In this document: positions 43,037 to 49,554 of the stretch, piece after piece
How the letters are laid out: the number at the start of each line of letters is the position of its first letter
How positions within the stretch are numbered: the stretch's first letter is position 1
Assembly: GCA_001798595.1 (NCBI GenBank)
Contig: MGSS01000014.1
Coordinates: forward strand, 20,910-84,909
DNA from: Deltaproteobacteria bacterium RIFCSPLOWO2_12_FULL_60_19
GTDB lineage: Bacteria; Desulfobacterota; Binatia; UBA9968
Direction of reading: 5' to 3'
Length of the DNA stretch: 64,000 nt
Translations under genes and position numbers: made by a program
Notes under the pieces: model-generated
Seen by the model: only the letters and a program-made list of their open reading frames with translations
Told to the model about the DNA's origin: nothing
Databases searched by the model: none

Positions 43037-44689
43037 ATGAGCTACCACAAAGACCTGCGCGACTATCTGGATCATCTGGACCGCGCGGGCAAGCTGCGGC
43101 GCGTCGGCCGGCGGATCGACAAGGATACGGAGCTTCATCCTCTGGTGCGCTGGCAGTTTCGCGGACTGGACGAAGACGAGAGAACCGGTTTCCTGTTCGA
43201 CAATCTTACTGGCCTCAAAGGGCTCAACTACCCCTCGCGGGTCGCCACCGCCATCATGGCGCCATCGCGCGAGGTTTACGCGATGGGGATGATGTGCTCT
43301 CCCGCGGAGATCTCCCAAAAGTGGAGCGCGGCCTATGCGCGCCCCATCGAGCCGAGATTGGTGACGACGGGGCCGGTCAAAGAAGAGATTCACCTGGGCA
43401 AGAATCTGCTGGAGCACGGCGGGCTGGATGAGTTTGCGATCCCGATGGCGACCAACGGCTGGGAGTGTCTCCCGCGGTTGACGGCGGTCTCGTGGCATTC
43501 CAAAGACCCGGACACCGGCGTCGTCAACGTCGGGACTTACAACGGGCTTCAGCTCGGTCCGGACCGGACCAATCTCCGCTGTGGTCCCGGAACGCATCTG
43601 GTGGTCCACTGGCAGAAATGCAGGAAGCGCGGCGTTCCGCTCCAGGCCGCGGCGGTGATCGGCGCGGTGCCCGCGATCTCGATGGTCAGCGTGGCCAAAG
43701 TTCCCTACAGCGTAAGCGAGCTGGCCGTGGCGGGAGGCATCGCCGGAGAGCCGATCGACGTCGTGCGCTGCGAGACGATCGATCTTGTCGTCCCGGCGAC
43801 CGCTGAGATCGTGATCGAGGGCGAGGTGCCCACGGATTACATGGAGCCGGACGGCGCGAGCGGCGAGCACACCGGCTACACCATCGTCGGCCGGCGGGTC
43901 TTCGCTTTCAAAGTGAAGGCGATCACGCACCGAAAAAATCCCATCTGGCACGACTTCATCAGCCAGATGCCGCCGTCGGAGTCGAGCACGATTCGCGGTC
44001 TCGCGGGCGAGGGGAGGATGACGAGTTTCTTGCGCGACGGCTGCGGGATCAATCAGGTGAAAGACGTGGCGTTTCATCACTGTGCTGGCGCCTGGAGAAT
44101 CTGCGTGATTCGTTTTCAGGACATCGCCGGCGTGAGAACGCACGAGAGCGTCGTTTGGCAGGCGCTTTTGGCCTCTCAATCGATCGCCACCGATTGGCCC
44201 AAGATGGTGATCGCGGTGGACGACGATATCGACCCGACCGATCTGGAGTCGGTCTTCTGGGCCGTCACGTTCCGCTATCAGCCGCACCGGGACACGAGGA
44301 TCATTCAAGGCCGGGGCGCGAGCCTGGATCAGTCGTCGGGCTCCTATAGCGCGTCGTACGAAGAGAGGCGTTTCCCGACCGGCACGACGTCGCCTCAAGG
44401 CGCTTCGTCGATCCTGATGGATGCGACGAGGAAGTGGGACTACACGCCGGTCTCTCTGCCGAAGAAAGAATACATGGAGAATGCGAAGCGGATCTGGGAG
44501 GAGTTGGGATTTCCCCGGCTCAAGCCGAAAGCGCCCTGGTACGGCTACGACCTCGGTATCTGGGCAGAGGAAGACGAGAGACTGGCGCGGCTGGCCGAGA
44601 AAGGGGAGTTCGATAAAGTGGCGGAGGCTTTGATGAGCAAGGGCAGGAAATTGACGCCAACAGACAAAGTCTCGGGAGGAATGGAGTAA
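43037..44689 (+). CDS. UbiD-family protein, paralog U7 (divergent subfamily C)
   Basis: 550 aa with MSYHKDLRDYLDHLDRAGKLRRV. It is colinear with U5. The motif positions read NVGTYN and DGASGEHTGY. Confidence 0.85.
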   Translation: MSYHKDLRDYLDHLDRAGKLRRVGRRIDKDTELHPLVRWQFRGLDEDERTGFLFDNLTGLKGLNYPSRVATAIMAPSREVYAMGMMCSPAEISQKWSAAYARPIEPRLVTTGPVKEEIHLGKNLLEHGGLDEFAIPMATNGWECLPRLTAVSWHSKDPDTGVVNVGTYNGLQLGPDRTNLRCGPGTHLVVHWQKCRKRGVPLQAAAVIGAVPAISMVSVAKVPYSVSELAVAGGIAGEPIDVVRCETIDLVVPATAEIVIEGEVPTDYMEPDGASGEHTGYTIVGRRVFAFKVKAITHRKNPIWHDFISQMPPSESSTIRGLAGEGRMTSFLRDGCGINQVKDVAFHHCAGAWRICVIRFQDIAGVRTHESVVWQALLASQSIATDWPKMVIAVDDDIDPTDLESVFWAVTFRYQPHRDTRIIQGRGASLDQSSGSYSASYEERRFPTGTTSPQGASSILMDATRKWDYTPVSLPKKEYMENAKRIWEELGFPRLKPKAPWYGYDLGIWAEEDERLARLAEKGEFDKVAEALMSKGRKLTPTDKVSGGME

Positions 44690-44692
44690 GCC

Positions 44693-45679
44693 ATGAGCCG
44701 CTATTCCGCAATACTCGCGCGCGGAGTTTTTCTGGCCGCGCTCCTCGCGCTGCCCGGGATAGGGAAAAGCGCAGACGAGCGGCTCGAACATGTGGTTATC
44801 GGCGTGCCGGCCAAGGTCGTCCAGTTCGCGCCGTTTTACCTGGGCGCAAAGAAAGGGATCTACGCCGCCGAGGGACTGAAGGTCGAGGTCGTCCAAATCC
44901 GCACCGCCGCAACCCTCGCCGCGCTGCTTTCGGGCGACATGGACTACTCGGGCGCAATCGGCTCCGCCGTCCGCTCAATCGGCGCCGGCGCGCCTTTAAA
45001 GGTCGTTCTATCGATTCGCGACAAGTCGAATTTTTATCTCATTGCGCGCCCCGAGATTCGCAGCTTCGCCGATCTCAAGGGAAAAAAGATCGGCGTGCAG
45101 CAGATCGGGAGCGGGCAGTCGATCAGCACGCGCATGCTGGTCGCAAAGAAAGGGCTCAATCCCGACCGGGACGTGATTTTTGTCTCGGGCAATCCGACGC
45201 CGATCGCCTTCCAGGGAGTGAAGACGGGGGTGATCGATGCGGGAACGGTCTCCTCGCCGTATCAATTTCTCGCGCGCCGCAGTGGGCTGAACGTTTTGTC
45301 TTTTTTGGGAGACGACGTGCCCGAGGCGCCGTCGGGCACCGGGATTGCGACGACGGAGAAAACAATCCGGAGCCGGCCGGATCAGGTGCGGAAGATGATC
45401 CGGGCGACGCTCAAGGCGCTGCGCTATTTCAAGGAGAATCCCGCGGAGGTCCAGTCCATTCTAGTGCAGGAATTCGGCGTTCAGGCCGATCTGGTGAAAG
45501 ACCTTTACGACGAGGCCATCGAGATGTTCGTTTTTCAAGGCAGTCTCGACCCGGCGAAAATCCAGGCCCAGATCAACATGGCCAAAGAGGGCGGGCAAAA
45601 ACTGCCGCCCGACTTCAGCCCGGAGAAGTGCATCGACGCGAGTTTTCTGAGAGAGATTCATAAAGAGATGGGGCTATAG
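44693..45679 (+). CDS. Exported NMT1/THI5-like solute-binding protein (N3)
   Basis: 328 aa. The signal peptide is MSRYSAILARGVFLAALLALPGIGKSA. GKKIGVQQIGSGQSISTRMLVAKKGLNPDRDV parallels N1 and N2. Confidence 0.8.
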   Translation: MSRYSAILARGVFLAALLALPGIGKSADERLEHVVIGVPAKVVQFAPFYLGAKKGIYAAEGLKVEVVQIRTAATLAALLSGDMDYSGAIGSAVRSIGAGAPLKVVLSIRDKSNFYLIARPEIRSFADLKGKKIGVQQIGSGQSISTRMLVAKKGLNPDRDVIFVSGNPTPIAFQGVKTGVIDAGTVSSPYQFLARRSGLNVLSFLGDDVPEAPSGTGIATTEKTIRSRPDQVRKMIRATLKALRYFKENPAEVQSILVQEFGVQADLVKDLYDEAIEMFVFQGSLDPAKIQAQINMAKEGGQKLPPDFSPEKCIDASFLREIHKEMGL

Positions 45680-45707
45680 CGGCCAGCGTCTTCCGCGACC
45701 ATCGGCT

Positions 45708-45797
45708 TTATATTCTCCTATCCAGACTCCGATACTGGATCGCCTCGGAGACGTGGGCGGGATGGATATTTTCGGTGCCGGCCAAGTCGGCGATGGC
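45708..45797 (-). pseudogene. C-terminal remnant of a comM/yifB-type Mg-chelatase-like gene
   Basis: My own translation gives AIADLAGTENIHPAHVSEAIQYRSLDRRI-stop. This matches the conserved C-terminal tail pattern (IADL.G...I...H..EA.QYR.LDR) of YifB/ComM. No upstream part of the gene is present. Confidence 0.55.
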
Positions 45798-45911
45798 TCA
45801 ACGATACTTACCGCTTCTGAGGAGCGATCTGACTTCGTCGTGGTTGCCTAGGAAGGAGACGAAAAGATCGGTCGGCCGGTCCTGGAAGATAAAACGCAGC
45901 GTCAGGTTGCC
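45798..45911 (-). pseudogene. 3' remnant of a RelE/ParE-like toxin gene (copy of 47859..48149)
   Basis: It translates to GNLTLRFIFQDRPTDLFVSFLGNHDEVRSLLRSGKYR-stop. This is nearly identical to the C-terminus of the intact toxin. The N-terminal two-thirds are missing. Confidence 0.7.
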
Positions 45912-46160
45912 GGGACTTTAGGGTCGGATCTTGGACTATGTAATTGCAAGAAATCGTGGACGATCTTGAAGCCGCCCTGGAACAATTCCGCGAAATAGCG
46001 AATGACCTTGGCGGAGTAGAGACGAAGAAGGAATGTCCAAAAACCCGTTTGGCATCCCCGTGATCTCACCGTCTGCCCGTCGCCCGGTGCTCCGATAGTC
46101 TCTCCATTCGATTGGTTTTGGCCTGCTATCCCTGTTATATTCGGGGCGAAGGAGGCGCTT

Positions 46161-46403
46161 ATGACCGCAAAGCCGGCGATATTGCGAGCGCTCGAAGGCT
46201 TGCCGCAAGAGTCCTTAAAAGAGGTCAAGGCGTTCATCGACTCCCTGAAAAAACATAACGGGAGGAAGCGCGCGCCTGGCCGCAACGGGGATGCGCTCGC
46301 AAAGAGACAACTTTCCGCGATTAAAAAATGGTCGGGGAAGACACTCAAGGCGGGATTTTCAGGCCGAGAACACGACGCCGTCTTATATAGGAAAGATTCG
46401 TGA
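46161..46403 (+). CDS. Putative antitoxin (small, upstream of and overlapping a PIN remnant)
   Basis: 80 aa, with AAGGAGG 6 nt upstream. It overlaps a VapC-like N-terminus by 4 nt. I do not recognise the family with confidence. Confidence 0.45.
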   Translation: MTAKPAILRALEGLPQESLKEVKAFIDSLKKHNGRKRAPGRNGDALAKRQLSAIKKWSGKTLKAGFSGREHDAVLYRKDS

Positions 46404-46591
46404 TCTTCGTCGACACCGGCGCGTGGTTTGCCGTGGCCGTACGGGATGATCCGCCGCGGTTTGGTATCTGCGAGGCACGGCGCCGTTTAGCTTGGACCGC
46501 AAAGGGTATCACGTATCCTGGGATTCCGTCCCGGCGTGGGTCTGTACCCAATGCGGCGAACCTTTTTTTGAATCGCGGGAGGTCGAGCTGA
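46400..46591 (+). pseudogene. Truncated/fused VapC (PIN) toxin remnant
   Basis: The first about 17 aa (IFVDTGAWFAVAVRDDP) look like a PIN N-terminus with the catalytic Asp. After that the frame carries no PIN-like sequence and ends at 63 aa. Confidence 0.5.
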
Positions 46592-46668
46592 TCCAAAAAG
46601 CGTTAACCGGGCTTGATCGGGACAGCGTCGCGCTCGCCTCAAGCGGCTCCTTGGCATCCAAGCCATAA
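46492..46668 (+). pseudogene. YgiT/MqsA-type zinc-ribbon fragment (second CxxC half only)
   Basis: The alternate frame reads ...YHVSWDSVPAWVCTQCGEPFFESREVELIQKALTGLDR... The first Cys pair is absent. Confidence 0.4.
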
Positions 46669-46673
46669 CTGCC

Positions 46674-46991
46674 ATGAATCCACAAATTCGAAAGCGGCTT
46701 CGGAAAATAGGCGAACGACTGAAGAAGGAATACCGCGCGGAGAAGGTCATTCTTTTTGGCTCCTATGCGCGAGGAGCGCCGACGCAAGATAGCGACGTCG
46801 ATCTCTTCATCATCGCTCCTACAAAAGAGCGGTTCTTTCACCGCATGGCGACCGTCAGACGGCTCATTCGCGACCTGAGACAGGGGCTTCCCGTAGCGCC
46901 GATCGTGTTGACCGCCAAAGAGCTGGCGAAAAGGCGGGCGGCGCAGGACCCGTTCATAGAGGAGGTCTTGGAAACGGGCATTCCTTTATGA
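46674..46991 (+). CDS. Minimal nucleotidyltransferase (MNT) antitoxin of an MNT-HEPN module
   Basis: The nucleotidyltransferase signature is LFGSYARGAPTQDSDVDLFI. A 4-nt overlap links it to the HEPN gene. Confidence 0.85.
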   Translation: MNPQIRKRLRKIGERLKKEYRAEKVILFGSYARGAPTQDSDVDLFIIAPTKERFFHRMATVRRLIRDLRQGLPVAPIVLTAKELAKRRAAQDPFIEEVLETGIPL

Positions 46992-47392
46992 ACAAGAAAG
47001 TCGAACCCTCCGTAGCCGAGGAGTGGTTGAAGATTGCCCGCAAGGACTGGCAGCGGATCGGCAGAAACCTGAGAGCCCACGATCTTGAAGCGGGTGCCTT
47101 TTTTCTCCAGCAGTCTCTGGAAAAATATCTCAAGGCGTTTCTGTTGAGCCAAGAATGGAAGCTGAGGAAAATCCACGAGCTGGATGCATTGCTGGACGAA
47201 GCCCTCCGACACGATCCTGCTCTGGAAGTATTTCGGGATTTATGCGAGCGCGTATCGGGATATTATTTCGCCGAGCGTTATCCGCCTCTCGGCGCCTTCG
47301 ACCTCGATCCTGAGGATCTCAGAGAAGACTTAAAAGCAGCGCGCAGCTTCGTAAAGACGATGTTCCCCGACGAGAAGCTGGGCCGCTCCTGA
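46988..47392 (+). CDS. HEPN-domain toxin of an MNT-HEPN module
   Basis: 134 aa, helical. QQSLEKYLKAFL and YYFAERYP are typical of HEPN (PF05168-like) proteins. Confidence 0.8.
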   Translation: MNKKVEPSVAEEWLKIARKDWQRIGRNLRAHDLEAGAFFLQQSLEKYLKAFLLSQEWKLRKIHELDALLDEALRHDPALEVFRDLCERVSGYYFAERYPPLGAFDLDPEDLREDLKAARSFVKTMFPDEKLGRS

Positions 47393-47690
47393 TCCGTCCC
47401 GCGCACAAAACATGACTTTTCCCGCGATCGTTCAGAAGGGCTTCGTTCGGAAACATTAGGTTCTGCAGCTTCCGATCCGGGCCACGGTCGGCGATGCTGC
47501 GGGGCGGGAGACGGTTGCGGGCATCCTTGTATTTCCGTACCCCGACTTCAGAAATGCAAGGAAGTAAGGAAACTGATTCGTCGCGTGCGCTATCCGGGCT
47601 CGCTTCGCCTTCATGGACGGATCCCGCAAGGTGTGGAAGCGGGCCTCTAAAAGGTGAAGGAAGGCACTCGATCGTTGATCGCCGCCGGCG

Positions 47691-47793
47691 TTATCTTTTT
47701 AGAATTTCCCTCTGGGCTTCGCGGATGAAGCGCGGCTCGATAAGCTGAGCGATGGGGATGGTTTTGGGAATCTGGGCGTCCTGTTCCTGGGCC
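47691..47793 (-). pseudogene. Duplicated 3' end of an NMT1-like SBP gene (copy of the end of 48498..49520)
   Basis: It translates to EQDAQIPKTIPIAQLIEPRFIREAQREILKR-stop. The intact gene ends EEQDAQIPKTIPIAQLIEPRFIREARKEILKR. Confidence 0.75.
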
Positions 47794-47858
47794 AGGCGCG
47801 AGAAGACCGGCAAGCAGCAACTATGGCTATCTTCGGCGCCGGCCAGGTCGGCGATGGC

Positions 47859-48149
47859 TCAACGATACTTACCGCTTCTGAGAAGCGCTTTGATTTCATC
47901 GTGGTTGCCTAAGAAGGAGACGAAAAGATCGGTCGGCCGGTCCTGGAAGATAAAACGCAACGTCAGGTTGCCGCGACACTCGAATAGTTTGCCGCCAAAT
48001 TTGCGAATCCCCAGACCGCTGTGGAGGTGCGGTCGGCCGAAGCCTTCAGTCAGCTCGCACAAAGCCAGCAGGCACTCTACTCTTTCATTCTTGGGCAAGT
48101 CCCGGAGCCGTCGGAATACGGCGGGGTCGATGGACAGAGATTTACTCAA
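47859..48149 (-). CDS. RelE/ParE-superfamily-like toxin
   Basis: 96 aa with ...GIRKFGGKLFECRGNLTLRFIFQD...FLGNHDEIKALLRSGKYR. It overlaps the upstream antitoxin gene by 8 nt. Confidence 0.55.
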   Translation of the reverse strand: MSKSLSIDPAVFRRLRDLPKNERVECLLALCELTEGFGRPHLHSGLGIRKFGGKLFECRGNLTLRFIFQDRPTDLFVSFLGNHDEIKALLRSGKYR

Positions 48150-48420
48150 CCATCTTCCTCAGTTGTTCGGCGGTGACGGTGACCAGTTTCCCGGCGCGCC
48201 TGAGTTCCCGGTAACGGTTGTCCGTCGCTTGCTCCAAAGCCGCTACCTGCTCGGGTGTCGCCGCGTATTCGCGCTGGGCATAGTCTGTGGACTCCACGTC
48301 GACTTTGCGCAGGGCGATGATGTCCGCTCCGCAGATAATCCCGATGTCTTCGCCGCGAGAGGCGAGGCCCAGCCACCGGCCGAGGTTCTTCTTGGCGTCC
48401 GTGATAGTGAGAGTCTTCAT
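48142..48420 (-). CDS. Phd/YefM-like antitoxin
   Basis: 92 aa from ATG 48420: MKTLTITDAKKNLGRWLGLASRGEDIGIICGADIIALRKV. The track ORF extends further upstream into the SBP gene on another frame. Confidence 0.55.
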   Translation of the reverse strand: MKTLTITDAKKNLGRWLGLASRGEDIGIICGADIIALRKVDVESTDYAQREYAATPEQVAALEQATDNRYRELRRAGKLVTVTAEQLRKMVE

Positions 48421-48497
48421 ATCGTTTTTATATAGACCCAAATAAGCCGTGTCAAGAAGGGCTTCGTCCGGAAATGGATCGTTGATCGCCGCCGGCC

Positions 48498-49520
48498 TTA
48501 TCTCTTTAGAATCTCTTTCCGCGCTTCGCGGATGAAGCGCGGCTCGATGAGCTGAGCGATGGGGATGGTTTTGGGAATCTGCGCGTCCTGTTCCTCGGCC
48601 AAACGAATCGTCGCTTCCAACGCCTTCTCGTTCAAACTGCCGTCCAAACTGTAGGAGGGGAGCGTTAGATCGTAAGCGCTCTCGGCTGTCTCCCGATCCA
48701 TCGCAAGCCAATCCTGGATCGTCGCGATGGTTCCTTGCCGGTTCCCGTGAATGTAGCGCAACGCTCTCAAAGTAGCCCGCACCACGCGCTTAACGACCTC
48801 CGGTTTTTCACGGATGATCTGTAGTGTCGCTCCCAGTCCGGCGTTGGGAGTCTCGACGTAATCCGCCGCCTTGGCGAGAAGATGGTAGCCGAGCTTTTGC
48901 GCTCTCACGTTAAATGGGGCGGAGAGGAGGCCGGCCTGGATGTTATTGCTCGCCATGGCTTGGAGCTTGGCCAGGCTGTCGCCTACGACGATAATGCTCA
49001 CGTCCTTCGCGAGCTGCAGGCCGTGATGCTTGAGGATTTCGCGGACGTAAAAATATTCGCTGCCGCCGAAGCTTTGGCTGCCGATCAACTTTCCTTTGAG
49101 AGAGGCGACGGTGGCGTATTCGGGGCGGGCGACGAGGATCTGGGGCGGGCGGGATTGGGTCGACATGAGGAGGCGAAAGGGCAATCCCTTTGATGCGCCC
49201 CTCAAGATCGTTCCGCTGGAGGTGCTGAAGTGGACGTCGCCGGCGGCGAAGGCCGCGATGGTCAGGTTCGCCCGAATCTGGATCAACTCCACCTCCACGC
49301 CCTCTTCCTTGAAGTAGCCCTTTTTTAGCGCGATCCACTCCGGCAAGAAGTTAAGGCTGCGGCTGGGGTAGGCCCAGCGCACCTTCGGTCGATCTGGGGT
49401 AGAGGCTGGCGCGGCGAAGGCGGAAGGGTTGACGAAAAGCGCCGCGAGCATGACGACAGCGAAACTGGAGAGTCGAATTTGTGTTTTGATCTTCACGCCA
49501 AGCATCCAACTCCATTGCAC
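48498..49520 (-). CDS. Exported NMT1/THI5-like solute-binding protein (N4)
   Basis: 340 aa. It has a signal peptide ...LSSFAVVMLAALFVNPSAFA and WIALKKGYFKEEGVEVELIQIR. Confidence 0.8.
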   Translation of the reverse strand: MQWSWMLGVKIKTQIRLSSFAVVMLAALFVNPSAFAAPASTPDRPKVRWAYPSRSLNFLPEWIALKKGYFKEEGVEVELIQIRANLTIAAFAAGDVHFSTSSGTILRGASKGLPFRLLMSTQSRPPQILVARPEYATVASLKGKLIGSQSFGGSEYFYVREILKHHGLQLAKDVSIIVVGDSLAKLQAMASNNIQAGLLSAPFNVRAQKLGYHLLAKAADYVETPNAGLGATLQIIREKPEVVKRVVRATLRALRYIHGNRQGTIATIQDWLAMDRETAESAYDLTLPSYSLDGSLNEKALEATIRLAEEQDAQIPKTIPIAQLIEPRFIREARKEILKR

Positions 49521-49554
49521 AGTCCGGCGGACCCGTTTTTACGGCCTGCCGGGG

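Noticed and set aside
45902-46348. 148-aa minus-strand ORF and the 34-codon plus-strand ORF (VDDLEAALEQFREIANDL...) in the 45.9-46.16 kb gap
   Set aside because: The long ORF overlaps the better-supported antitoxin gene on the opposite strand and has no recognisable motif. The short plus-strand piece might be another antitoxin remnant, but I cannot support this from the sequence alone.
47494-47748. 84-aa plus-strand ORF between the HEPN gene and the RelE-like cassette
   Set aside because: It is Arg/Ser-rich with no motif or RBS. It also spans the boundary of the duplicated SBP tail, which argues that it is a fortuitous ORF.
45680-49520. Integron-like cassette array (TA cassettes separated by repeats)
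   Set aside because: There is no integron integrase and no attC-like imperfect palindromes at cassette ends. The flanking repeats are duplicated gene ends rather than recombination sites.
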